A stretch of 64,000 bases of DNA from a bacterium (lineage in GTDB: Bacteria > UBA8248), in assembly GCA_965203325.1 (NCBI GenBank), contig OZ241875.1:1120001-1184000 (forward strand), written 5' to 3'. The position numbers and the translations under genes were made by a program. Each line of letters begins with the position of its first letter. Within the stretch, counting starts at the first letter, position 1. Shown in pieces: positions 1 through 8,779 of this stretch. Under the pieces are notes generated by a model. It was not told the origin of the DNA and made no database searches. It saw only the letters and a program-made list of their open reading frames with translations.

Positions 1-321
1 GGGCGCGTCAACCGCCGCGACGTTGTCCGCCATCGCCCGGGAGCCGAAGGTCAGCTTCAGGCCGTCCACGGCGATCAGGTCCTTCACCGAGATGGGTAGG
101 CCGTGCAGCAGTCCGAGCTCTTCGCCGGACATGACGGCCTTTTCGGCCTGCCGCGCCGCTTCGAGGGCGAGGTCGGGCGAGGTCTGGACGAAACAGTTGA
201 GCGTCGGCTCCAGCCCGTCCATGCGCTCCAGGGACGACCCGACGAGTTCGACCGGCGAGATGTCGCCGCGCGCGATCAGGTCCTTCAACTCGATTGCCGT
301 CATGAACGCGAAATCGCTCAT
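1..321 (-). CDS. Amidase-signature family protein (GatA/AtzE-like), N-terminal part; runs off the window edge
   Basis: Not in ORF track. Hand translation from ATG 321: MSDFAFMTAIELKDLIARGDISPVELV...GLLHGLPISVKDLIAVDGLKLTFGS; the HGLPISVKD motif carries the amidase catalytic Lys. Confidence 0.9.
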   Translation of the reverse strand, partial: MSDFAFMTAIELKDLIARGDISPVELVGSSLERMDGLEPTLNCFVQTSPDLALEAARQAEKAVMSGEELGLLHGLPISVKDLIAVDGLKLTFGSRAMADNVAAVDAP

Positions 322-494
322 CGTTCCTGTCCGTCGAGCCACCCGCCAAGCGTCTCAAGCGTCTTCGCAAACCGCTCGATTTCATCCACGTCTATCGCGC
401 TGAAGGTCCGGAATAGATCCTGGCCGATGTCCTTGTGGATCCTGTCGAGCAGCGCCGCAAAATCAGGAGCCACCGCCCCCTGTTGTTCGTTCAT
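318..494 (-). CDS. Small 58-aa protein coupled to the amidase
   Basis: MNEQQGAVAPDFAALLDRIHKDIGQDLFRTFSAIDVDEIERFAKTLETLGGWLDGQER; GGGAG RBS; its stop overlaps the amidase start (ATGA). Confidence 0.65.
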   Translation of the reverse strand: MNEQQGAVAPDFAALLDRIHKDIGQDLFRTFSAIDVDEIERFAKTLETLGGWLDGQER

Positions 495-538
495 CCGTTT
501 TCTCCCGTTAGATAAGTCGGTAAACCCTTATTCGGATG

Positions 539-544
539 ATTATA
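539..544 (-). promoter_or_regulatory. Perfect -10 box (TATAAT) upstream of the small ORF/amidase; no -35 at the proper distance
   Basis: + strand attata at 539-544; the -35 position is occupied by the terminal-repeat motif. Confidence 0.45.
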
Positions 545-560
545 TACAATCTTACCCGAA

Positions 561-580
561 GAGGTTGTTGAAAAAACCCT
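561..580 (+). repeat. Lone terminal-inverted-repeat motif GAGGTTGTTGAAAAAACCCT
   Basis: Matches the ends of the elements at 12198, 13857 and 18543, and the inverted copy at 9857-9876. Confidence 0.6.
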
Positions 581-640
581 CGCCGAGTCACTCATCTCCC
601 AAACCGAAAGAGCGGCATCCGCCAGGCGCTGGTCGTCCAC

Positions 641-1942
641 CTACGCCGCGCCGCACCATTCCAGGATCAGGTGGAGCAGCCCCTCGACGGAGAGTTCAAG
701 CTCGTCGATATACGTGAACTCGTCGGGGATGTGGCCCCGCGGGCATTCCCCGCCGAACATGATCGTCGGCGTGCCGCCGTAGAGGACCGGGAACCGCATG
801 TCCGTCGTCCCGTTCAGCGCCTGACGCTGGCAGGGACGGCCCGTTACACGTTCGGCTACCGACAACGCCGTTTTGACGAACGGGTGTTCGGGGTCGGTGA
901 GGCAGGGCTCCGCGCGCCTCTCCGTCCATTCCAGACGGGGCGGATGCTCGCGAAGCCACGGGTCGGCCCCGGCTGCCCGGGCGAGGTGGCCTTCCACGAG
1001 CCCTTTCACTTCTTCCAGGCTCTCTCTCGGGGCCACCCCCGCCACGCCCTCCAGAACGCACTCGGCCGGGAGCTGGCCGATGGACACCCCCGCGCGGATC
1101 ACGGTCACCACGAGGTTCACCGTGCGGGGCTTAAGCCCGCTTATCTCGAAACGCTTTTCCACCAGCGGTTCGCGAACCGCCCCTGCTCTTTGCGCGTCCA
1201 GCTCCCTGAGTGCTGCGTGGATAAATTCTGCTTTCTCGATGGCGTTCACGAAAAGGTGCGCCGAGCCCTTGTGACCGGCCTGGCCCGGCACGGTGATCCG
1301 GAAACTCACGTCGCCGCCCGAACCGATGTCCACGCCGCCGAGTCCCCCCGGCTTCATGTGCGTGTAAACGGCGCCATCCGCCTTTAAGCCGCGCAGAACG
1401 CACGCCAGCATGCCCCCGCCGCCGCCTTCTTCCTCTTCGACGGTGGAGAGAAGCGTCAGATCGCCCTTCAAGCGCACCCCGGCGTTCTTCAAGGCCCGGG
1501 CGCACGCGATCATGACGGCCAGCCCCGACTTGGCGTCTCCTGACCCCCGTCCATAGAGGCGGCCCTCTTCCACCTCGCCGCCGAAGGGGTCCTTGGTCCA
1601 GGCGCTTCGCGGCCCCGGCGGAACCGTATCGGCATGGCAAAAGAGAAAGAGCGACCTGCCGCCTCCCGCGCCCCGCAAGCGGCCGATCACGTTGGGCCGC
1701 CCCGCGTAACCCCTCTCCAGCGATGAGCGCGGGGCCGAGAACGCCGGATGCTCTCTTAATTCCTCCAAATCCGCCTCGAACGCCTCCACCTCGAGGCCGG
1801 CGCTGGCGAATCTTTCCTGCACCAGACTCTGGATCGCCGCCTCCTCTCCCGTGGGGCTGGGAATCCGGACGAGTTCCTGAAGCAGGGCGGCCACGTCGAC
1901 TCGCCGGGCCTGTGAAATCACCTTATCGATAATGTCGCTCAT
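641..1942 (-). CDS. M20/ArgE-DapE family metallo-amidohydrolase
   Basis: HADTVP, GRGSGDAKSG, VEEEE and GHIPDE motifs. Confidence 0.9.
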   Translation of the reverse strand: MSDIIDKVISQARRVDVAALLQELVRIPSPTGEEAAIQSLVQERFASAGLEVEAFEADLEELREHPAFSAPRSSLERGYAGRPNVIGRLRGAGGGRSLFLFCHADTVPPGPRSAWTKDPFGGEVEEGRLYGRGSGDAKSGLAVMIACARALKNAGVRLKGDLTLLSTVEEEEGGGGGMLACVLRGLKADGAVYTHMKPGGLGGVDIGSGGDVSFRITVPGQAGHKGSAHLFVNAIEKAEFIHAALRELDAQRAGAVREPLVEKRFEISGLKPRTVNLVVTVIRAGVSIGQLPAECVLEGVAGVAPRESLEEVKGLVEGHLARAAGADPWLREHPPRLEWTERRAEPCLTDPEHPFVKTALSVAERVTGRPCQRQALNGTTDMRFPVLYGGTPTIMFGGECPRGHIPDEFTYIDELELSVEGLLHLILEWCGAA

Positions 1943-1952
1943 GAATAATCCT

Positions 1953-2984
1953 CTAAGCGTATGAATCGGCCGCGGCTTCGACGCCGACGTCGCCCGCGAA
2001 ATGACAGGCCACCGTATGGCCGGGCTGGAGTTCCCGAAGGGCCGGCTTCTCTTCCACGCAGCGCTTCTCGCTGTAGGGGCAACGGGTATGGAAGCGGCAC
2101 CCCGTCGGCGGGTCGAGGGCGGAGGGAACCTCTCCCTCGAGGATGATGCGCCGCCGCTTTCTGGCCTTCACCGGGTCCGCCACCGGGGTGGCCGAGAGCA
2201 GCGCCTGCGTATAGGGGTGCAGGGGGGTCGTGAAGAGCGACTCCACCGCCGCAAGCTCCACGATCTCGCCCAGGTACATGACCCCCACCCTGTCGCAGAC
2301 CGAGCGCACGACACCCAGGTCGTGCGTGATGAAGAGGTAGGAGAGATCGTGCTGCGCCTGAAGCGCTTTCAGGAGGTTCAGAATCTGGGCGCGGATGGAA
2401 ATGTCGAGCGAGGAGACCGGCTCGTCTGCGATCACCAGCCGGGGCTTGAGCGTGAGCGCCCGCGCGATGCCGATGCGCTGGCGCTGGCCGCCGCTGAGCT
2501 GGTGGGGATAGCGGTCCATGAAGATTTCGCCCGGCTCCATGCCCACCTGGTTCAGGAGTCCGACGATGGTCTCATCGATCTCCCCTTTCTCCGCCGCGTC
2601 ATGATTGAGGAGGGGCTGGCGCAGGATGGCCCGCACGGTGCGCCTGGGATTCAGGGATTCGAAGGGGTCCTGAAAGATCATCTGCACGTCGCGGTTGTAC
2701 TGCTTGAGGGCGGGTCCGCTCAGCTCCGCGACCTCTTGCTCGTCGAAGAGGATGCTCCCGTCATCGGGCTTCTCCAGTTTCGCCAGCAGGCGGGCCGTCG
2801 TCGTTTTCCCGCAGCCGCTCTCGCCCACCAGGGCGAACGATTCGCCGGCGCTGAGCGAGAAGCTGATGTCGTCCACGGCGTGCACGTGGCGGGGAGGCCG
2901 GAGCCATCCCCCGTCGACCGGAAAATGCTTCGTCAGCCTTTGCACTTGCAGGAGTGATTGGTTCATCGCGGCGAGATCACTCAT
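1953..2984 (-). CDS. Oligopeptide/nickel-type ABC transporter ATPase (OppF/DppF-like)
   Basis: GESGCGKT, LSGGQRQR, C-terminal GCRFHTRCP; start taken at ATG 2984, overlapping the upstream stop. Confidence 0.92.
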   Translation of the reverse strand: MSDLAAMNQSLLQVQRLTKHFPVDGGWLRPPRHVHAVDDISFSLSAGESFALVGESGCGKTTTARLLAKLEKPDDGSILFDEQEVAELSGPALKQYNRDVQMIFQDPFESLNPRRTVRAILRQPLLNHDAAEKGEIDETIVGLLNQVGMEPGEIFMDRYPHQLSGGQRQRIGIARALTLKPRLVIADEPVSSLDISIRAQILNLLKALQAQHDLSYLFITHDLGVVRSVCDRVGVMYLGEIVELAAVESLFTTPLHPYTQALLSATPVADPVKARKRRRIILEGEVPSALDPPTGCRFHTRCPYSEKRCVEEKPALRELQPGHTVACHFAGDVGVEAAADSYA

Positions 2985-3960
2985 AAAGCCAGCAAGCCAC
3001 CATCCGTCCCTCCCCCAGATCGAGAGATGGCGGCGACTCCTCGCGGCAGATGTCTTTGACGTGGGGGCAGCGCGGGTGGAAGCGGCAGCCCGAGGGCATG
3101 TCCGTCGGGTTCGGCACCTGCCCCTCGATGGTTTCGAATACCTCCACCCGCTTGTCGGGGCTGAGCGTCGAACGCAGGAGGCCCTCCGTGTAGGGGTGTT
3201 TCGGTTCGGCGAACAGGGTGAAGGTGTCGGCGTGCTCGACAATCTGGCCCGCGTACATGATGTAGATACGGTCGCAATGCTCCGCCACCAGACCGATATC
3301 GTGGGTGATCAGGAACAGGGCGTTTTGGAGTTCCTCGCGGAGGTGGGCGAGCAGGTCCATGATCTGCGCCTGGATGGTCACGTCGAGCGCCGTGGTGGGC
3401 TCATCGGCGATGAGCAGGGAGGGGCGGCACGAGATGGCCATGGCGATGAGCACCCGCTGGCGCATCCCGCCGCTCAACTGATGGGGGTAGCTGTCATATA
3501 CCCTCTGGGGCGACGGGATGCCGACGCGCTCGAACGCGTCGAGCACCTGCGAGCGCGCCTCCCCCTTCGAGACCTCCTGGTGCTCCAGCACCACTTCCGC
3601 CACCTGGGCGCCGGCCCGCATGACGGGGTTCAGGTACGTCATGGGGTCCTGAAAGACCATGGCGATCTCCGTCCCGCGGAGGTCGCACATGCTCGCCGTG
3701 TCCAGCGTCAGGAGATCCACGTCGTTCAGCAGTATCTCGCCCGAGAGGATGCGGGCCACGACCGGCTGGAGCCGGATGATGGTGAGCGCCGTCATGGATT
3801 TCCCGGAGCCCGACTCCCCGACCAGCGCAACGGCTTCTTTGCGGTTCACCTCAAGCGAGACGCCGTCTACGGCCTTGATCACGCCGGAGGGCACGTCGAG
3901 GTAGGTCCTGAGGTCTGAGACCCGCAGGAGGCCGTTTCCGTTTTCAGCGTTCGCGTTCAT
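2977..3960 (-). CDS. Oligopeptide/nickel-type ABC transporter ATPase (OppD/DppD-like)
   Basis: GESGSGKS, LSGGMRQR, DEPTTALD; start at ATG 3960 (ATGA overlap with the permease). Confidence 0.92.
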   Translation of the reverse strand: MNANAENGNGLLRVSDLRTYLDVPSGVIKAVDGVSLEVNRKEAVALVGESGSGKSMTALTIIRLQPVVARILSGEILLNDVDLLTLDTASMCDLRGTEIAMVFQDPMTYLNPVMRAGAQVAEVVLEHQEVSKGEARSQVLDAFERVGIPSPQRVYDSYPHQLSGGMRQRVLIAMAISCRPSLLIADEPTTALDVTIQAQIMDLLAHLREELQNALFLITHDIGLVAEHCDRIYIMYAGQIVEHADTFTLFAEPKHPYTEGLLRSTLSPDKRVEVFETIEGQVPNPTDMPSGCRFHPRCPHVKDICREESPPSLDLGEGRMVACWLYE

Positions 3961-4856
3961 AGGCCGGTCCGGTGAATCTCGGAGGAGCGGGGATTGAGCA
4001 CGTCGTTCAGGCCGTCTCCCAGCAGATTGAGCGTCAGGACAGAGAGAAAGATGCCCAGACCAGGATACACGGCCATCCACCACGCCTGGCGCAGAAAGGG
4101 CTGGGCCTCGTACAGCATCCGCCCCCAGGTGACCAGGCTGGGGTCTCCCAGGCCCAGATAGCTCAAGCCCGCTTCGAGCAGCATCGCCTGCGCCGTCAGC
4201 AGCGAGGCGTTCACGACCACGACCCCGATGGCGTTCGGCAGTATCTCGCGAAAGATGATCGTCGAGCGCTTCGTGCCGATCACGTGCGCGGCATCCACGA
4301 ACTGCCGCGTTCGCAGGGTCAGGAACTCCGAGCGGACGAGGCGGGCCGTCACCGGCCACGTCAGGATGGAGATGGCCAGGATGATGTTCCAGATGTTCGC
4401 CCCGAAGAAGGCCACGATGATCAGGGCGAGGAAAAAGCGCGGAATCACCATGAAAGTCTCGGTGAGGCGCATCAGGATATCGTCCACCCAACCGCCCAGG
4501 TAGCCCGAGATCGTGCCCACGAAAAGTCCCAGGACCGTCGTGGCGAAAGCCGCCGAGAAGCCGACGAAGATCGAGACCCGGCCGCCCCACAGGATGCGGC
4601 TGAAGACGTCGCGGCCGAGATTGTCTACGCCCATGAGGTTGCGGAAGCTGTGCCCGCCCAGCCTTGAGCCCGAACCCAGCGCGTAAGGGTCATAGGGCGC
4701 CAGGATGGGCGCGAACAACACCAGCAGGACCAGCACCAGAAGAATGGACCCTGCGATGGGCACCGCGCGATTCTGGCTGAACGCGCCCCAGATGGCTCTC
4801 CACTGGGGCCCTCTGTTCGAGTTTCGATGATCGATTGTATCCGCCGATGTCGTCAC
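3957..4856 (-). CDS. ABC permease (OppC/DppC-like)
   Basis: GVDNLGRDVFSRILWGGRVS; EAA-like loop FVDAAHVIG; LSYLGLG. Confidence 0.92.
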   Translation of the reverse strand: MTTSADTIDHRNSNRGPQWRAIWGAFSQNRAVPIAGSILLVLVLLVLFAPILAPYDPYALGSGSRLGGHSFRNLMGVDNLGRDVFSRILWGGRVSIFVGFSAAFATTVLGLFVGTISGYLGGWVDDILMRLTETFMVIPRFFLALIIVAFFGANIWNIILAISILTWPVTARLVRSEFLTLRTRQFVDAAHVIGTKRSTIIFREILPNAIGVVVVNASLLTAQAMLLEAGLSYLGLGDPSLVTWGRMLYEAQPFLRQAWWMAVYPGLGIFLSVLTLNLLGDGLNDVLNPRSSEIHRTGL

Positions 4857-4868
4857 GATCCCAGATTC

Positions 4869-5852
4869 CTAGTTATACGCCACGCGCGGGTCGATCAAGG
4901 CGTAGAGAATGTCCGTGATGAGGTTCGCCAGCATGATCATCATCGAGACGACGAGGAAGATCCCCAGAATCATCGGGTAGTCCCGCGCGGTGATGGATTC
5001 GAAGATCAGCCGGCCCATGCCCGGCCACCCGAACACGGTCTCGGTGAACACCGAACCCGCCATGACGTAGGCGAAATTGATGCCGATCACGGTGACCACC
5101 GGGAGCAGCGCATTGCGCAGGGCGTGCCGGTAGAGCACGCGGCGTTCGTTCAATCCCTTGGATTTCGCGGTCAGGATGAAGTCCTGTGCGAGCGTCTCCT
5201 GCATCTTGCCCCGCGTGATCCGGAACACGAGGGTCATGTGATAGGTAGCGTAGGTGATCGCGGGCAGGAGCAGGTGCTTCAGGACGTCCAGGACCGCAGG
5301 CCAGCCGGGCTCCACCCCGCGCATCGAGTACATGCCCTGGCTCGGCAGCCAGTCCAGATAAAGGGCGAAAAAGAGTATGAGAAGCTGTCCCAGCCAGAAG
5401 ATGGGCATCGAATAGCCGGCGAGCGAAGCCAGGGTCGCCAGGTGGTCGCCCACCGAATAGGAATAGCGCGATGCGATGACGCCGAGAACCACCCCCATGA
5501 GGCTGGCGATGGAGAATGCCGTCGCCATCAGGAGCATGGTCGCGGGCAGGCGATCGATGATGACGCCGAGTACGGGGGAGTTGTGCCAGGTGGAATAGCC
5601 CAGGTCCAGATGAAGCAGCTTCCAGAGGTAAATCCCCATCTGGACGTAAAGCGGCTTGTCCAGGCCGAACTCCTTGCGCAGCTCCGCGTAGGCCTCCGGC
5701 GTGGCCTCGGTGACGCTGGCCAGGTAAATGGCCGGGTCGCCCGGAGCGAGATGGATGATGGTGAAGTTGATGATGATGACCCAGAAAACGAGAGGGACGG
5801 CCTGAAGGATTCGCCTTACGCTGTAACGCAGAAGCGGATAATCACCTGCCAT
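4869..5852 (-). CDS. ABC permease (OppB/DppB-like)
   Basis: LAPGDPA, FGLDKPL, TAKSKGL, ETVFGWPGMG, DPRV. Confidence 0.92.
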   Translation of the reverse strand: MAGDYPLLRYSVRRILQAVPLVFWVIIINFTIIHLAPGDPAIYLASVTEATPEAYAELRKEFGLDKPLYVQMGIYLWKLLHLDLGYSTWHNSPVLGVIIDRLPATMLLMATAFSIASLMGVVLGVIASRYSYSVGDHLATLASLAGYSMPIFWLGQLLILFFALYLDWLPSQGMYSMRGVEPGWPAVLDVLKHLLLPAITYATYHMTLVFRITRGKMQETLAQDFILTAKSKGLNERRVLYRHALRNALLPVVTVIGINFAYVMAGSVFTETVFGWPGMGRLIFESITARDYPMILGIFLVVSMMIMLANLITDILYALIDPRVAYN

Positions 5853-5886
5853 GGATCGCCCCTCGGTGAGACGTCAGGAAACCCGC

Positions 5887-5912
5887 GGGGCCCCGCCCGG
5901 AGACGGGGCCCC
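5887..5912 (-). other. Intercistronic GC-rich hairpin after the solute-binding protein gene
   Basis: GGGGCCCCG-N8-CGGGGCCCC; typical position for an mRNA-stabilising stem. Confidence 0.55.
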
Positions 5913-5936
5913 TGAAACACGTTTCGAATACCGGGA

Positions 5937-7553
5937 CTACTTCTGGTAAGCGTCCTCCCGAGTGCAATACGCGCAGTAGGGACGCGTTACCACATCCGCC
6001 CATTTCGCCGAATGCGTGTGGACGAAGGGCGTCTCGAACAGCGGGATGACGGGCACGTCGGCCGCGACCATATCGACGATCTGACGCCACGCGGCGCCCC
6101 GCTTCTTCACGTCGGGGATCTGCCATTCGGCGTCGAGGAGACGCTGAACACCGACGTTGATGTAGGACGGCGCGTTGTTGAAGTTCGCCGAGCCGATGTT
6201 GTTCCTGTCATAGACCCGCGTCACGCTGATCTTGGGGTCGGGCCCGGTGGTGAAGAACTGCATCATGATGTCGAAATCATGATTGATGTAGACCTTCTTC
6301 AGCGTGGCCGCCCGGTCGAAGGACTCGATCTTGATGTCGATGCCGACTTTCTTGAGCTGCTGCTTGATCACCTCGGCCGCCAGTCCCTCGAAGCCGCGGC
6401 CCTTGGCCCAGGTTACCGTGAGGCTGAAGCGCTTGCCCCCCTTCATCGGGTAGCCCGCCTCGTCGAGCAGCCTGTTCGCCATCTTGAGGTCCTGCTTGTA
6501 CTGGGCGAAGCTGCCCTTGTGCGCCCACTTCATGGCCGAGTGCATGATGCCGTCCGCCACTTTCGCGGTGCCCCCGGTCGCCAGCTGGCTGATCTGGTTC
6601 TTGTCCAGCGCATACGCGATCGCCTGGCGAACCTTCACGTTGCCGGTGATGGGCCGCCGCATGTTCAGGAGCATGAACTCGACCTGCCCCGTCGCTTCTC
6701 CCCCCTTGTCGAGGACGACGAGTTTCGGGTTCTTTTTGAGACGGGCGGCCTGATCCCAGGGGATGAGGGCCGCGCGGAGATAGTCTATCTCGCCTTTCTC
6801 CAAGGCGATCAGGCGGGTGTTGGCGTCCGAGACGAACCGGATGACCAGCTCATCCGCGTAGGGCTTGGGCGCGTTCCAGTAATTCGGGTTGCGCACGAGC
6901 CGGACGTGGCTGCCCTTCTTGTATTCCTTGAGCATGAAGGGCCCGGTTCCGACGGGCTTCTTGCTATACGGAGCGTTTAGGAAGGCCTTGCGGCTGCCCA
7001 CGTGATCCTTCCACAGGTGCTTGGGGTAGATGGCGGGGCCGCCGAAGATCACCCCCATCACGGTGAGCAGGGGGGCGAAAGGCTTCTTGAGGCGGACGAC
7101 GATGGTGTACTTGTCCGGCGCTTCCACCTTCTCCGCCACCGGCTTCCAGAACACGCGCGAGCGCGGGTTGTACGGCAGGCACTTCTCCAGCGAGAACTTC
7201 ACGTCCTCGCTCGTCATCTCCTTGCCGTCGTGGAACTTCACGCCCTTTCGGAGGTGGAAGACGAGCGTCTTCCCGCCGTCCTTGACCTCCCAGGATTTCG
7301 CCAGTTCCGGCTTCGGGTTGAGGTCGAAATCGAGCGTGATCAGCTTGTTGTAGATGTTCACGGCCGGCACCTGGACCGTCGTGCCCGGTTTGACGATCAG
7401 GTTGAAGTGCCCCGGATCGGCTTCCAGGCCGACCACCAGCGTGCCTCCCCGCTTCTGGGCCCATGCGGACCCCGGAACCTGGCCGAATACAAGCACCGCC
7501 GCGAGGAGAAAGAAAATAGCGACGCTTCCAAATCGGATCTTATGCCGTTCCAT
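5937..7553 (-). CDS. Family-5 (peptide/nickel) ABC solute-binding protein
   Basis: Signal peptide ending AWA; PELAKSW, LRKGVKFHDG, GTGPF; start ATG 7553 after GGAGG. Confidence 0.92.
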   Translation of the reverse strand: MERHKIRFGSVAIFFLLAAVLVFGQVPGSAWAQKRGGTLVVGLEADPGHFNLIVKPGTTVQVPAVNIYNKLITLDFDLNPKPELAKSWEVKDGGKTLVFHLRKGVKFHDGKEMTSEDVKFSLEKCLPYNPRSRVFWKPVAEKVEAPDKYTIVVRLKKPFAPLLTVMGVIFGGPAIYPKHLWKDHVGSRKAFLNAPYSKKPVGTGPFMLKEYKKGSHVRLVRNPNYWNAPKPYADELVIRFVSDANTRLIALEKGEIDYLRAALIPWDQAARLKKNPKLVVLDKGGEATGQVEFMLLNMRRPITGNVKVRQAIAYALDKNQISQLATGGTAKVADGIMHSAMKWAHKGSFAQYKQDLKMANRLLDEAGYPMKGGKRFSLTVTWAKGRGFEGLAAEVIKQQLKKVGIDIKIESFDRAATLKKVYINHDFDIMMQFFTTGPDPKISVTRVYDRNNIGSANFNNAPSYINVGVQRLLDAEWQIPDVKKRGAAWRQIVDMVAADVPVIPLFETPFVHTHSAKWADVVTRPYCAYCTREDAYQK

Positions 7554-7723
7554 TGCTCTTCCCTCCAAATTGATGGGTTGTCACGAACAATCCCGTAAGA
7601 ATCGGTATTTCGTGCCGCAATGTCCTGTCACCCCCGGCGTTGAACCCCCGCCATGGGGCGAGGAGCCGACGACCGGGCGCCATACAGCGTTGAATCCGTT
7701 CTCCTCTTGAGTATGACCCGCGT

Positions 7724-8779
7724 TCAGTCGGTGAAGGAAAAATCAATCTTTCGCGTGACGCTGTGCGTGTTACCGAACGTCGGGATGACGAGGCTGTGCT
7801 TCCCGAGTCCGCCCGCCACGAACAGGCAGATGCTCTCCTCATCGTCGACGACGGGTACGCTTTCGAGGTCCTCCTGGGCCATGAGGTCGTCCCGGCGTCC
7901 CCGCGCGCGCTCCAGGTTCGCCGGCGCAAAAAGAAACGTCGGCACCCTGCCCCGCTCGTAGAGAAAGGCCCGGATCCGCGGCGGGTCCCAGCCGTCGCGC
8001 ACGAGCATGTCGACGTGTTCGGGGCCGAGGACAACCACCATCTCCCCGCCGAAGAGCGCGTTGTTGCTCCCCGCCTGCATCATCGACGAGGCGATGGACT
8101 GAAGCACGCCCTCGCCGTCCGTGCTGGCCGCGTCGTTGACCATGATGTGCGGGTCGACGGCGATGACGGTAACGGCGCTGTCCGAACGCTCCAGGCCGCG
8201 CTCGACGTGGAGCGGCGGCCACGGGCTCGCCTCTTCGTTCTCGCCGATGCAACTCGAGAACTTGCCCTGGTGGCCGAAGGTGCTGCGATCGGTATCGCCC
8301 GGCTTGGCGCCCCCGATGTTCTGCAGGATGAACCTAAACGCCCTGCCGATGGTGGCGTTGGCGCGCCAGCCCTGGCCGAAGAGGTTTTCCTTGCAGTTGA
8401 TCCCCAGCGCGCCCCGGGCGGGCCCGTGGACGACGATGAGCTGCGCAATGCAGTTCGTCGTCCCCTGAACGCCCGGCAGGTTGTATATGGGGTCGAAGAT
8501 GGCGTCGACGGCGGTGACGAGCACCGGCATGTATTCGGGCTTACAGCCCGCCATGGCGGCGTTGACGGCGATCTTCTCGATCGTGGCGTCGCCGAAGAGG
8601 TGGGGGATGCGGCCGCGGGATTCCTCGGGCGGCCGCCCCGATGCCTCCACCATGGCCGCCACCCGCTCCTCAGTCGGCGGGATGACGGGCAGCCCGTCCC
8701 CCCAGCCGCGTTCCATCACGTACTCGAGCAGATCCAAGGGGGATTCCGCCACCTCGTGGCGCGTGGAGGCCAGCTTCAT
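7724..8779 (-). CDS. Conserved 351-aa protein of unknown function, partner of UGSC selenoproteins
   Basis: Real start MKLAST at 8779 overlaps the upstream stop (ATGA); motifs GWGDGLPVIPPTEERV, NAAMAGCKPEY, ANATIGRA, GENEEASPW. Confidence 0.8.
   Translation of the reverse strand: MKLASTRHEVAESPLDLLEYVMERGWGDGLPVIPPTEERVAAMVEASGRPPEESRGRIPHLFGDATIEKIAVNAAMAGCKPEYMPVLVTAVDAIFDPIYNLPGVQGTTNCIAQLIVVHGPARGALGINCKENLFGQGWRANATIGRAFRFILQNIGGAKPGDTDRSTFGHQGKFSSCIGENEEASPWPPLHVERGLERSDSAVTVIAVDPHIMVNDAASTDGEGVLQSIASSMMQAGSNNALFGGEMVVVLGPEHVDMLVRDGWDPPRIRAFLYERGRVPTFLFAPANLERARGRRDDLMAQEDLESVPVVDDEESICLFVAGGLGKHSLVIPTFGNTHSVTRKIDFSFTD

Noticed and set aside
7628..7726. Second Sec read-through at the partner's GAC-TGA stop
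   Set aside because: No Cys or redox context, no SECIS-like stem at the right distance, and the read-through peptide looks random
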